Shown: positions 1-9,990, numbered from the stretch's first letter. The stretch: DNA of 64,000 bases from Alphaproteobacteria bacterium (GCA_965205265.1 CBDBGH010000003.1:4192001-4256000), one strand, 5' to 3'. Notes: a model not told the origin generated them from the letters alone. A program made the numbers and translations.

Positions 1-239
1 TTGGGCGAGGCCTCGGGGTCGTCGAGGATCGAGGCGAGCTGCGCCAGATGGCCGGGCCGCAGCAGGTGCGAGATGTCGTGGAAGGCCTCGCGGGCGAGCA
101 GGGTCAGCGCCTCCGGATCGACGGCGACGAAGTCCTGTCCGCGGAACCGCTCGACGGAGACGAAATCCCCTTCCAGCCGGCGCCAGGGAGTTCCGCCCTT
201 GGCGAGCGGGAACATCTCGTGGAAGGCGAATTCGGGCAT
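1..239 (-). CDS. Class I (Fe-S) fumarate hydratase, N-terminal part; runs off the window
   Basis: Manual minus-strand translation from ATG at 239: MPEFAFHEMFPLAKGGTPWRRLEGDFVSVERFRGQDFVAVDPEALTLLAREAFHDISHLLRPGHLAQLASILDDPEASP, matching the FumA/FumB N-terminus. Not in the ORF track. Confidence 0.85.
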   Translation of the reverse strand, partial: MPEFAFHEMFPLAKGGTPWRRLEGDFVSVERFRGQDFVAVDPEALTLLAREAFHDISHLLRPGHLAQLASILDDPEASP

Positions 240-250
240 GTGCGCGCCCC

Positions 251-739
251 TCATTTCTTGCGGAAACGGTCCAGCGAGACGACATTGCCGCCACCGCCGC
301 CTTCATCCCCCTCGGCACCGGCGGCGGGCTCCGCGGCACCTTCGGCGGCCTCGCCTTCCGCAGCAGGCAGCACGGGCTCGACTCCCTGGCGGGAGAAGCG
401 CAGGCCGAAATCCACGGACGGGTCGTGGAACACGGTCACCGCTTCCCAGGGAATATGCAGGCGCTCCTGCACACGGTTGAAGGACAGCGTCACCTCGAAA
501 TGGGTCGAATGGACCTCCAGCCCGTAATACTGGTGCTGGAGCACGATGGTCATCGTTTCGGGATATTGGGAGGCGAGGCGCAGCGGCACGGCCGCGGCCG
601 GGTGGCGGGTGAGGAAGGTGATGTAGAAATGGTGGTTGCCGGGGAGGCCCTTCTCGGCCACCTCCGTGAGCGCGCGCCGGACCACGCTGCGCATCGCGTC
701 CTCGACGAGCCGGTCGTAATCCAGGAAGTCTTCGGCCAT
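251..739 (-). CDS. sspB: ClpXP adaptor SspB (alphaproteobacterial type)
   Basis: GLPGNHHFYITFLT, YPETMTIVLQHQY and C-terminal ClpX-binding NVVSLDRFRKK; directly downstream of tmRNA. Confidence 0.93.
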   Translation of the reverse strand: MAEDFLDYDRLVEDAMRSVVRRALTEVAEKGLPGNHHFYITFLTRHPAAAVPLRLASQYPETMTIVLQHQYYGLEVHSTHFEVTLSFNRVQERLHIPWEAVTVFHDPSVDFGLRFSRQGVEPVLPAAEGEAAEGAAEPAAGAEGDEGGGGGNVVSLDRFRKK

Positions 740-809
740 AGCTCCCCCGGCGCCCCCGGCGGTGCGGCGCCGATGCCGCCGCCATTTACAAGTCGCCGCG
801 TTGCGCGCG

Positions 810-1060
810 GCGGATGGAGGGCTTCTGTTGCCCGGTGCCCTCCAAACCGCGCTTGCCGAATCAGCGATCAGGCAGCGAGTGCGACCTCATTGTCGTTCGC
901 ACTTGAGTTGCGGCCCGATAACGGTGGTGCCATGCCGAGCGAAGACCATGCCTTTACCGCGCACGTCGATCCTGGTTCGCCCCCGTATATGGTGGAGGCG
1001 CCGGGTACTGCCCCCGGGTCCGCAACGCTTATTCCGCATGGCGTTTATCGCCATAGCCGG
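810..1060 (-). ncRNA. ssrA: Circularly permuted two-piece tmRNA; tag peptide ANDNEVALAA
   Basis: Minus strand reads ...CCCGGGGGCAGTACCCGGCGCCTCCACCA (T-arm, acceptor 3' strand, CCA at 992-990), spacer TATAC, then GGGGGCGAACCAGGATCGAC (acceptor 5' strand, G3.U70 pair). Tag ORF 900-868 is GCG AAC GAC AAT GAG GTC GCA CTC GCT GCC TGA. Outer ends approximate. Confidence 0.93.
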
Positions 1061-1172
1061 GCATGCCCGGCCTCTCCAATATAGGATGGAAGGCCCCGCC
1101 GGGCAATCGCGGGCAGGCTTCCCCTGCAGCGCAATCCGGTATAGCGAGGGGTGGGGAATGCGGAGGTCGGAC

Positions 1173-1979
1173 ATGGGTTCCAGAGGCGGCGGCGGGCGCA
1201 TTGCCGGGCTCGCATTGCTGCTGGCCGCTATGGCAGCCGAGGCGGCGGGCGGCGGAATTGCGCCGCACCGGGCGCTCTATGAGGTCGGGCTGGTCAGCGC
1301 CGACCCGTCTTCCGGCATCGACGCGCTGTCGGGCGCGGCCGTCTATGAGTGGTCGTCCGGCTGCGACAGGGTCGTCGTGAACCGCGAGACCCGGCTGTCG
1401 GTCCAGTCGCCGGACGGGGCACCGGTCTCCGTGCGGGTCGAGTTCTCCGCCTGGGAGCAATTGGACGGCCTGGCCTACGGCTTCGCCGGCAGAACCGTCA
1501 GGAACGGCGTCGAGACCGAGGCGCGAAGCGGCACGGCGCGCCTCGCGGAGCCGGGCGGCGGCGGAGAAGCCGAATACAGCCGGCCGCGCGGACGCCGCCT
1601 TCCCCTGGAGCCGGGCACGATGTTTCCCGCCGCCTGGGTCCGGAGCGTTCTCGACCATGCCAGGGCCGGCAAGGGCCTGCTGACAAGCAGCGTGTTCTTC
1701 GGCGAGGACGATGACGCCCTGTTGACGGCAACCGTTCTGGTGCTGCCGGAGCACGCAGCGGGCGACGCCCCGGAGGCCCCGGCCGCACTGGAGGGCCTCA
1801 CCCGCTGGCGCGCGCAGTTCGCCTTCTTCGATGCGGGCAAAGAGACGTTGCCCGCCTTCGAGACGACCGAATGGTTCTACGAAAACGGCGTCGGCGGCGA
1901 TGCCGTTCTCGCCTTTCCGGATTTCACGATCCGTTACCGCCTGAGAGCCGTGAAGCTCCACGACCCGCCGGACTGCTGA
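1173..1979 (+). CDS. Cell envelope integrity protein EipB / DUF1849 family
   Basis: Signal peptide followed by PHRALYEV, two Cys and C-terminal YENGV; GGAGG RBS before the ATG at 1173. Confidence 0.8.
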   Translation: MGSRGGGGRIAGLALLLAAMAAEAAGGGIAPHRALYEVGLVSADPSSGIDALSGAAVYEWSSGCDRVVVNRETRLSVQSPDGAPVSVRVEFSAWEQLDGLAYGFAGRTVRNGVETEARSGTARLAEPGGGGEAEYSRPRGRRLPLEPGTMFPAAWVRSVLDHARAGKGLLTSSVFFGEDDDALLTATVLVLPEHAAGDAPEAPAALEGLTRWRAQFAFFDAGKETLPAFETTEWFYENGVGGDAVLAFPDFTIRYRLRAVKLHDPPDC

Positions 1980-2141
1980 CGCGGCATTCGTTCGGACCTG
2001 GCGGGGTACATTGTGCCTAACCCGCGCATCGTATAGGCTCCGAACCGGCCCTTTTCTGGAATGTCCTCTTGATCTGGATTCTGTGGGCACGAAACGCGCG
2101 GTCCGGGTTGTATTCCCGCCGGGGCATGTGCGGCTAGGGGC

Positions 2142-2429
2142 GCCGGCACCGTGGATGAACACGGCATTGCAGGAGAGCCCTTCGCGGCGCGATTTGCCAG
2201 GCGGGTGCTCGCGGCCCGCTGGCCGGTCATCCTCGCTACGCTGGTCATCGTCACCGCGGCTTCCGGCGGCATTGCACTGTTCGAATTCTCTGCGAATTAC
2301 CGGATCTTTTTCGATGACGACAATCCACAGCTTCTGGCCCTGGAAAAGCTGGAAAATACGTATGGGAAAAACGAAAACGTCGTATTCTTGGTCGTTCCGG
2401 ATAACGGCGATGCCACATCTGAAAAGGCT
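2142..2429. repeat. 288-bp target-site duplication of IS copy 1, left copy; holds a truncated 5' copy of the MMPL gene
   Basis: gccggcaccgtggatgaac...gaaaaggct recurs at 4346-4633. Confidence 0.95.
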
Positions 2430-2459
2430 CCTGACTTCGACGGTTGGGCTGACTTCTGA
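2151..2459 (+). pseudogene. Truncated duplicate N-terminus of the MMPL/RND transporter, ending inside the IS
   Basis: First 93 aa identical to ORF 4355..6694, then IS-derived PDFDGWADF*. Confidence 0.9.
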
Positions 2460-4345
2460 CCGATCTCGCGTCTGGAGTTTTCAGTAAAGCCAATGAGTTG
2501 GCAGTTGCGGTGCGGTCAAGCTGCGTTGTAGTGCCTAGTAAATCTTTGAGACTGTCAATGCCTCCGCCACGCGCTACACTCCCCCCATGTTCGTGCGCAT
2601 CAAGACCTCCCCCAACAGCCCGCGACGCTCGGTCCAGATCGTCGAGGCCGTGCGCGACGGCGGCAAGGTCCGACAGCGCATCGTCCGCCATGTCGGCGTG
2701 GCCATGGACGAGGACGAGCTCGAGCGCCTGAGGCAGCTCGGCGAGTACGTCAAGGCGAAGCTGGAGGACGAGCGTCAGCCGGCATTGTTTGCGCCCGAGA
2801 AGATCGCTGAGCAGGCGATCCGTGTCGGCCGCCGGGGGGACGGCAAGGAGGAACTCCCGGTCGACCTCAAGCAGCTTGAAGAGGAGCAGCGCCTGATCAC
2901 AGGCATCCACGAGGTCTATGGCGAGATCTACCGGCTGCTGGGCCTCGACGCGCTGCTGCCGCGCTCGCGCTACCGGGCCTCCCATGACGCGCTGTTCCAT
3001 GTGGTGATGGCGCGGGTAGCCAACCCCGACAGCAAGCGGGGCAGCGTGCGCCGGCTCGAGGAGGACTTCGGCGTGAGTCTTCCGCTCGAGAAGGTCTACC
3101 GGATGATGGATCAGCTCGACGCGACGGTGATCGAGCGACTGCGCACGCGCGTCGGCGAGGCGAGCCGGTCGCTGCTGCCGGAGCCGGTCGCGATCCTCTT
3201 CTTCGATTGCACCACGCTCTACTTCGAGACGGCCGCCGAGGACGAGCTTCGCCAGCACGGCTTCAGCAAGGACGGCAAACACAAGGACTCGCAGGTTCTG
3301 CTGGCGCTGATGGTGACGCGCGAAGGGCTGCCGATCAGCTACGAGGTCTTCCCCGGCGCCACCTACGAGGGACACAGCATGGTCCCGGTCCTGCAGGACA
3401 TGCAGCGCCGCCACCAGGTGGAGCGCACGGTATGCGTGGCCGACCGGGGCATGCTGAGCGCCGACAACCTCGACGCCATGGACGCCATCGGCGGCGAGTA
3501 TGTCGTCGGCGCGCGGCTGCGCAAGCTGCCGCTCGCGCTGCTGGGGCAGGTTCTCGACCCCGGGACCTATGCCCCGCTGGAGGGCTCACAGGACCGCCGG
3601 GTCGGCGAGTGGGAGTACAAGGGCCGTCGCCTGATCGTCGTCTTCTGCCCCCAGCGCGCACGCAAGGACGCGCACGAGCGCCGCCATCAGGTGGAACGCC
3701 TGCTCGACAGGCTGGCCCGCAGCGACAATCCCAGGGAACTGCTCTCCAATCACGGGGCGAAGCGCTTCATCGCCGTCGAGGGCGACGCACGGCTCACGGT
3801 GAACCCGGAGAAGATCGCCGAGGCCGCACGATGGGACGGGCTCACCGGCGTCATCACCAATCTGCGCGACGCGCGCGTCACCGAAGTGATGGCTCACTAC
3901 CAGGGGCTCTGGCAGGTCGAGGAGAGCTTCCGGATCACCAAACACGACCTGAAGATACGTCCCATCTGGCACTGGAACCCGGACCGGATCCGCGCTCACA
4001 TCGCCATCGCCTTCCTGGCCTTCGCCTGCGTTCGACACCTTGCGTACCGCGTCGCCATCCAGAAGCGGCGGATGTCCCCGGAGGTCATCCGCTCCGCCCT
4101 CGTCCACCGCCAGTGCTCCCTGCTGCGCTGTCGGCAATCGGGCAACCGCTACGTCATCCCCTCGAAGCCGACACCGGCGGCGGAGCAGATTTACGCAACC
4201 ATGGGGCTGCCCCTGACGATCACCCCGTATCAACTCGCCTGACCGTCGACGAAGCACGGCTCGAAGAAATGCCGGATGTAGTGCCTAGCCGAAATGAGAA
4301 CCAGGCAATATCAACTACTTATGCGAATCAACCGTCGAAGTCAGG
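2430..4345 (+). mobile_element. IS1634-family insertion sequence, copy 1 (1916 bp)
   Basis: 17-bp terminal inverted repeats CCTGACTTCGACGGTTG (2430-2446 and 4329-4345), a single DDE transposase and a long flanking duplication. Confidence 0.93.
2587..4242 (+). CDS. IS1634-family DDE transposase (551 aa)
   Basis: MFVRIK...VQIVE..R.GGKVRQR N-terminus; FFDCTTLYFE, GFSKDGK, VADRGM, YQGLWQVEESFRITKHDLKIRPIWHW..RIRAH. Confidence 0.93.
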   Translation: MFVRIKTSPNSPRRSVQIVEAVRDGGKVRQRIVRHVGVAMDEDELERLRQLGEYVKAKLEDERQPALFAPEKIAEQAIRVGRRGDGKEELPVDLKQLEEEQRLITGIHEVYGEIYRLLGLDALLPRSRYRASHDALFHVVMARVANPDSKRGSVRRLEEDFGVSLPLEKVYRMMDQLDATVIERLRTRVGEASRSLLPEPVAILFFDCTTLYFETAAEDELRQHGFSKDGKHKDSQVLLALMVTREGLPISYEVFPGATYEGHSMVPVLQDMQRRHQVERTVCVADRGMLSADNLDAMDAIGGEYVVGARLRKLPLALLGQVLDPGTYAPLEGSQDRRVGEWEYKGRRLIVVFCPQRARKDAHERRHQVERLLDRLARSDNPRELLSNHGAKRFIAVEGDARLTVNPEKIAEAARWDGLTGVITNLRDARVTEVMAHYQGLWQVEESFRITKHDLKIRPIWHWNPDRIRAHIAIAFLAFACVRHLAYRVAIQKRRMSPEVIRSALVHRQCSLLRCRQSGNRYVIPSKPTPAAEQIYATMGLPLTITPYQLA

Positions 4346-4633
4346 GCCGGCACCGTGGATGAACACGGCATTGCAGGAGAGCCCTTCGCGGCGCGATTTG
4401 CCAGGCGGGTGCTCGCGGCCCGCTGGCCGGTCATCCTCGCTACGCTGGTCATCGTCACCGCGGCTTCCGGCGGCATTGCACTGTTCGAATTCTCTGCGAA
4501 TTACCGGATCTTTTTCGATGACGACAATCCACAGCTTCTGGCCCTGGAAAAGCTGGAAAATACGTATGGGAAAAACGAAAACGTCGTATTCTTGGTCGTT
4601 CCGGATAACGGCGATGCCACATCTGAAAAGGCT
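4346..4633. repeat. 288-bp target-site duplication of IS copy 1, right copy
   Basis: Reads identical to 2142-2429. Confidence 0.95.
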
Positions 4634-6694
4634 CTCTCAGCCGCTGTCTGGCTCACAAAGGCTGCATGGAACACGCCATATTCGCGGCGCGTCGATTCGC
4701 TTGCCAATTTTCAATACACGACCGCAGAGGGTGACGAGTTATATGTGCGCGATCTCGTCGATCCGCAGCACATTGCTGAAGCCGAAACGCGCTCTCAAAT
4801 CCGCGATATTGCCCTGTCCGATCCTCGTATCGCGGGCGGCATGCTGGCCGTAAACGGCGATGTCAGCGTTGTAAACGTCACAGTCGAGCTGCCCGAGGAC
4901 GGTCTTCTGGAGGCCGTAGCCGAAGTCGCCGAATTCGCAAGGGCGACAGCCATGGAGGCCGAAGAACGATTCCCCGGCACAGACCTGCGCATTGTCGGCA
5001 CGGTCATGATCAACCAGACCTTCGTCGAAGCCTCGATCGGCAGCCAGATGATCTTCCTGCCCGCAAGCCTTCTGCTCATGGCCCTGGTCCTCGGCATCCT
5101 GACCCGGGGCTGGACGGGGGTGGCGGCAACCGGACTGGTCATCGTCTTTTCCATTCTCGCGTCCCTGGGGCTCGGCGCATGGATCGGCCTGCCCTTTTCC
5201 CCGCCCATCTCTCCGGCGCCGACCATCGTGCTGATGATTGTCGTGGCGAATTGCGTGCATCTGCTTGTGGCTTTGCAGCAGCGTCTGCGCGCCGGGGATT
5301 CCAGGCGCGACGCCATCGTCGCAGCCATCGCGCTCAACCTGCATCCGGTGTTCCTGGCAAGCCTGACGACGGCGCTCGGGTTCCTTGCCATGAACTTCTC
5401 CGAAGTGCCGCCCTACCGCCATCTCGGCAACTTCGTCGCCCTGGGCATCTTCGCCTCCTTCATTCTCTCCGTCACATTCATGCCGGCCGTGCTTTCGCTT
5501 CTCCCCGTCCGCGCGCCCAGGGAACGTCGGCGCCGCGGACCCGCAATGAGCCGCCTCGCGGATGCCGCGCTGCGCCACCGGAAGGCGATCTTCTGGGCAT
5601 GGGTGGTGATTGTGCCCGTCATGGCTCTGGCCATTCCACGCAATGAACTCAACGATGTCCTGGTTCATTTCTTCGACAAGAGCGTCGAGTTTCGCCAGGA
5701 CACCGACTTCATGGACGAGCGTTTGAGCGGCAATACCGGGCTCGAATATTCGCTCGAAGCTTCCGTCGAGGGCGGTGTCACCGACCCTCTTTTCCTCTCC
5801 GAGGTTTCGCAGTTCGCCAGCTGGTTCCGCGAGCAACCCTCCGTGCGCCACGTAGCGGTCATCACCGACACCTTCCGGCAACTCAACAAGAGCATGCACG
5901 GCGACGACCCGGCCGCCTACCGGATTCCGGAAAGCAGGGAGCTGGCGGCGCAATACCTGCTGCTTTACGAGCTCTCGCTTCCCGAGGGGCTGAACCTGAA
6001 CAACCAGATCGACAGGTCCAGATCGGCCACGCGGGTGACGATATCGGCAAAGACGCTCTACTCGCAGGACGTGCTAGACCTGAACGCTCGCGCAGAGGCC
6101 TGGCTGAAGGAGAACGCACCCCATATAGCCAGCGTCAACAGCACCGGTCCCTCGGCCCTGTTCGCCTATATCGGGCAGCGCAACATCCGCGCCATGCTGG
6201 TCGGCACGCTGGTCGTGCTCCTGGCCATATCCGCTATTCTCCTCTTCGCCTTGCGCTCGCTCAGGCTCGGCCTGATAAGCATCGTTCCCAATCTGGTTCC
6301 CGCTGTACTGGGCTTCGGCGTCTGGGGTTTGACGGTCGGGCAGGTGGGACTCTCGCTGTCGGTCGTGGTGGCCATGACCATAGGCATCGTCGTGGACGAC
6401 ACGGTGCACTTCCTCGCCAAATACCGCCGGGCGCGGCGCGAATACGGCCATGGCCCCGAAGAAGCGGTGCATTACGCCTTCGACACGGCCGGGCGGGCCC
6501 TGTTCACCACAACGGTCGTGCTGGTGGCCGGCTTCCTGATACTCGTCTTCTCCCCGTTCGTTCCCACCGCGCAGGTCGGGGTCCTGACCGCGATGATTAT
6601 CGGCTTCGCGCTCATTGCCGACCTGACACTCCTGCCGGCGCTGCTGACGGCGCTGGACCGGAGGCCGGCGGAAGAGGTCGCGCGTTCGTCCTGA
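4355..6694 (+). CDS. MMPL/RND-family exporter
   Basis: 779 aa with two transmembrane repeats; LASLTTALGF, GIVVDDTVHFL, GRALFTTTVVLVAGF motifs. Confidence 0.9.
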   Translation: MDEHGIAGEPFAARFARRVLAARWPVILATLVIVTAASGGIALFEFSANYRIFFDDDNPQLLALEKLENTYGKNENVVFLVVPDNGDATSEKALSAAVWLTKAAWNTPYSRRVDSLANFQYTTAEGDELYVRDLVDPQHIAEAETRSQIRDIALSDPRIAGGMLAVNGDVSVVNVTVELPEDGLLEAVAEVAEFARATAMEAEERFPGTDLRIVGTVMINQTFVEASIGSQMIFLPASLLLMALVLGILTRGWTGVAATGLVIVFSILASLGLGAWIGLPFSPPISPAPTIVLMIVVANCVHLLVALQQRLRAGDSRRDAIVAAIALNLHPVFLASLTTALGFLAMNFSEVPPYRHLGNFVALGIFASFILSVTFMPAVLSLLPVRAPRERRRRGPAMSRLADAALRHRKAIFWAWVVIVPVMALAIPRNELNDVLVHFFDKSVEFRQDTDFMDERLSGNTGLEYSLEASVEGGVTDPLFLSEVSQFASWFREQPSVRHVAVITDTFRQLNKSMHGDDPAAYRIPESRELAAQYLLLYELSLPEGLNLNNQIDRSRSATRVTISAKTLYSQDVLDLNARAEAWLKENAPHIASVNSTGPSALFAYIGQRNIRAMLVGTLVVLLAISAILLFALRSLRLGLISIVPNLVPAVLGFGVWGLTVGQVGLSLSVVVAMTIGIVVDDTVHFLAKYRRARREYGHGPEEAVHYAFDTAGRALFTTTVVLVAGFLILVFSPFVPTAQVGVLTAMIIGFALIADLTLLPALLTALDRRPAEEVARSS

Positions 6695-6880
6695 TGGCGC
6701 CCGGCCAGCCTCCGCCACGAGCACTCGGATGAAATCCAAGATTCCAAAGCTTCCGGCATTTCAAAACTGGCAGTTCGACAACTTGATTATGCAAAAGTCT
6801 TGTGTTATAAAGGCTTGTCCAACGCTGGTTTGGGGGCGTGTTGGGAGTGTCGTTCGTTACGTGGAGCGAAGGAGACTGCC

Positions 6881-7132
6881 ATGAGAAGTGGCGATGAAAT
6901 GCTTCAGCAGATTGTCGAGAAGTCGGCCCTGGATGCGGATTTCCGGCAACAGCTTCTCGCGGATCCGAAGACTGCCATCAGCCAGGAATTGGGCATCACG
7001 ATTCCCGATTCGATGACCATCAAGGTGCATGAGAGCGATATGCAGACGGTGCATCTCGCGCTGCCGCCGGACCCGAACATTACCGAGGAGCAGCTCGAAG
7101 CCATCTCGGCCGGCCTCTGCTGCTGCTGGTAA
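6881..7132 (+). CDS. Proteusin (NHLP-leader) RiPP precursor, core LCCCW (SrpE-like)
   Basis: AAGGAG RBS; NHLP leader DADFRQQLLADPK..ELG..VHE..HLALPP; cleavage motif ITEEQLEAISAG then LCCCW*. Confidence 0.93.
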   Translation: MRSGDEMLQQIVEKSALDADFRQQLLADPKTAISQELGITIPDSMTIKVHESDMQTVHLALPPDPNITEEQLEAISAGLCCCW

Positions 7133-7139
7133 GCCCGAA

Positions 7140-7158
7140 AGCCGGCCACCGGCCGGCT
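7140..7158. terminator. GC-rich hairpin after the precursor gene, between convergent genes
   Basis: AGCCGGCC-ACC-GGCCGGCT, an 8-bp stem; no clear U-tract. Confidence 0.4.
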
Positions 7159-7788
7159 GAAGAGAAAGCTTGAACCTGTCCCTCTGGCCGTCCAGCCGGA
7201 CGGGGCTAGGTTCTTTGCGCCTGTCCGATGCTGTTATCGCGGCGAAGCTGCCCCGGAAAGCACCATGAACACATAGGCTTTGGCCTGTGTGAGCCGGTTT
7301 CCGGATATGACCAGCTTTATGTGGTGAATGCCGCGCAACAGCACATAACGACCCGATTTCGCAAAAAGCGTCGTCGGCCTTGAAACCCACCCGGCAAGCG
7401 CGTCAAGTTTCCCGGGAACGACAATCTCCTCATGGCTCAAGGCTTTCAGGAACGGGTCCCAATCGGTCAGGCCGTCGAGCCAGTAGCGGGAATCTTTCGT
7501 GTATCTCTGCCTGACGATGAGTGTCAGGCCCAGAGTCGGACCGAGACCGTCTTCGCGCACATCGATATTCACGCCGGTCCTGACAATATTCGCGCGTTCC
7601 CTGAAGCGGGAAATCACAGCGCCGACGGCGGAGACCTCGCCCGGCCAGCCCGTGACTTCAAGATAGGAACACAGCTCCTGCTGCGACCTGAAGCCCATGA
7701 CCGCCAGGCGGATCGAACGGGAGCGGGACGGGAATACGCCGAACGAGTCCATGCGCGTGTCTTCCGGCTGCGCCCGGTAGGCCCGTTC

Positions 7789-7931
7789 AACGGCCTTCCG
7801 CTCATTGCCGGTCATCTCCCAGCCAATGCCGGAAAGCAGCGCATCGACCACCATGACGGCTTCATCCGCCTGGCCTGAGCCGCCGGTGATCGGGCGCTCG
7901 CCGGGCCGCAGGAACATCGCCGGAAGCGGGT
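7789..7931. repeat. 143-bp target-site duplication of IS copy 2, left copy
   Basis: aacggccttccg...ggaagcgggt recurs at 9848-9990. Confidence 0.95.
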
Positions 7932-9847
7932 CCTGACTTCGACGGTTGATTCGCATAAGTAGTTGATATTGCCTGGTTCTCATTTCGGCTAGGCACTACA
8001 TCCGGCATTTCTTCGAGCCGTGCTTCGTCGACGGTCAGGCGAGTTGATACGGGGTGATCGTCAGGGGCAGCCCCATGGTTGCGTAAATCTGCTCCGCCGC
8101 CGGTGTCGGCTTCGAGGGGATGACGTAGCGGTTGCCCGATTGCCGACAGCGCAGCAGGGAGCACTGGCGGTGGACGAGGGCGGAGCGGATGACCTCCGGG
8201 GACATCCGCCGCTTCTGGATGGCGACGCGGTACGCAAGGTGTCGAACGCAGGCGAAGGCCAGGAAGGCGATGGCGATGTGAGCGCGGATCCGGTCCGGGT
8301 TCCAGTGCCAGATGGGACGTATCTTCAGGTCGTGTTTGGTGATCCGGAAGCTCTCCTCGACCTGCCAGAGCCCCTGGTAGTGAGCCATCACTTCGGTGAC
8401 GCGCGCGTCGCGCAGATTGGTGATGACGCCGGTGAGCCCGTCCCATCGTGCGGCCTCGGCGATCTTCTCCGGGTTCACCGTGAGCCGTGCGTCGCCCTCG
8501 ACGGCGATGAAGCGCTTCGCCCCGTGATTGGAGAGCAGTTCCCTGGGATTGTCGCTGCGGGCCAGCCTGTCGAGCAGGCGTTCCACCTGATGGCGGCGCT
8601 CGTGCGCGTCCTTGCGTGCGCGCTGGGGGCAGAAGACGACGATCAGGCGACGGCCCTTGTACTCCCACTCGCCGACCCGGCGGTCCTGTGAGCCCTCCAG
8701 CGGGGCATAGGTCCCGGGGTCGAGAACCTGCCCCAGCAGCGCGAGCGGCAGCTTGCGCAGCCGCGCGCCGACGACATACTCGCCGCCGATGGCGTCCATG
8801 GCGTCGAGGTTGTCGGCGCTCAGCATGCCCCGGTCGGCCACGCATACCGTGCGCTCCACCTGGTGGCGGCGCTGCATGTCCTGCAGGACCGGGACCATGC
8901 TGTGTCCCTCGTAGGTGGCGCCGGGGAAGACCTCGTAGCTGATCGGCAGCCCTTCGCGCGTCACCATCAGCGCCAGCAGAACCTGCGAGTCCTTGTGTTT
9001 GCCGTCCTTGCTGAAGCCGTGCTGGCGAAGCTCGTCCTCGGCGGCCGTCTCGAAGTAGAGCGTGGTGCAATCGAAGAAGAGGATCGCGACCGGCTCCGGC
9101 AGCAGCGACCGGCTCGCCTCGCCGACGCGCGTGCGCAGTCGCTCGATCACCGTCGCGTCGAGCTGATCCATCATCCGGTAGACCTTCTCGAGCGGAAGAC
9201 TCACGCCGAAGTCCTCCTCGAGCCGGCGCACGCTGCCCCGCTTGCTGTCGGGGTTGGCTACCCGCGCCATCACCACATGGAACAGCGCGTCATGGGAGGC
9301 CCGGTAGCGCGAGCGCGGCAGCAGCGCGTCGAGGCCCAGCAGCCGGTAGATCTCGCCATAGACCTCGTGGATGCCTGTGATCAGGCGCTGCTCCTCTTCA
9401 AGCTGCTTGAGGTCGACCGGGAGTTCCTCCTTGCCGTCCCCCCGGCGGCCGACACGGATCGCCTGCTCAGCGATCTTCTCGGGCGCAAACAATGCCGGCT
9501 GACGCTCGTCCTCCAGCTTCGCCTTGACGTACTCGCCGAGCTGCCTCAGGCGCTCGAGCTCGTCCTCGTCCATGGCCACGCCGACATGGCGGACGATGCG
9601 CTGTCGGACCTTGCCGCCGTCGCGCACGGCCTCGACGATCTGGACCGAGCGTCGCGGGCTGTTGGGGGAGGTCTTGATGCGCACGAACATGGGGGGAGTG
9701 TAGCGCGTGGCGGAGGCATTGACAGTCTCAAAGATTTACTAGGCACTACAACGCAGCTTGACCGCACCGCAACTGCCAACTCATTGGCTTTACTGAAAAC
9801 TCCAGACGCGAGATCGGTCAGAAGTCAGCCCAACCGTCGAAGTCAGG
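7932..9847 (-). mobile_element. IS1634-family insertion sequence, copy 2 (1916 bp)
   Basis: Same terminal repeats and transposase as copy 1, opposite orientation. Confidence 0.93.
8035..9690 (-). CDS. IS1634-family transposase (551 aa)
   Basis: Translation identical to 2587..4242. Confidence 0.93.
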   Translation of the reverse strand: MFVRIKTSPNSPRRSVQIVEAVRDGGKVRQRIVRHVGVAMDEDELERLRQLGEYVKAKLEDERQPALFAPEKIAEQAIRVGRRGDGKEELPVDLKQLEEEQRLITGIHEVYGEIYRLLGLDALLPRSRYRASHDALFHVVMARVANPDSKRGSVRRLEEDFGVSLPLEKVYRMMDQLDATVIERLRTRVGEASRSLLPEPVAILFFDCTTLYFETAAEDELRQHGFSKDGKHKDSQVLLALMVTREGLPISYEVFPGATYEGHSMVPVLQDMQRRHQVERTVCVADRGMLSADNLDAMDAIGGEYVVGARLRKLPLALLGQVLDPGTYAPLEGSQDRRVGEWEYKGRRLIVVFCPQRARKDAHERRHQVERLLDRLARSDNPRELLSNHGAKRFIAVEGDARLTVNPEKIAEAARWDGLTGVITNLRDARVTEVMAHYQGLWQVEESFRITKHDLKIRPIWHWNPDRIRAHIAIAFLAFACVRHLAYRVAIQKRRMSPEVIRSALVHRQCSLLRCRQSGNRYVIPSKPTPAAEQIYATMGLPLTITPYQLA

Positions 9848-9990
9848 AACGGCCTTCCGCTCATTGCCGGTCATCTCCCAGCCAATGCCGGAAAGCAGCG
9901 CATCGACCACCATGACGGCTTCATCCGCCTGGCCTGAGCCGCCGGTGATCGGGCGCTCGCCGGGCCGCAGGAACATCGCCGGAAGCGGGT
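9848..9990. repeat. 143-bp target-site duplication of IS copy 2, right copy
   Basis: Reads identical to 7789-7931. Confidence 0.95.

Noticed and set aside
810-2150. tmRNA as the integration site of the RiPP island
   Set aside because: eipB lies between the tmRNA and the cluster, and I found no integrase and no duplicated tmRNA 3' end.
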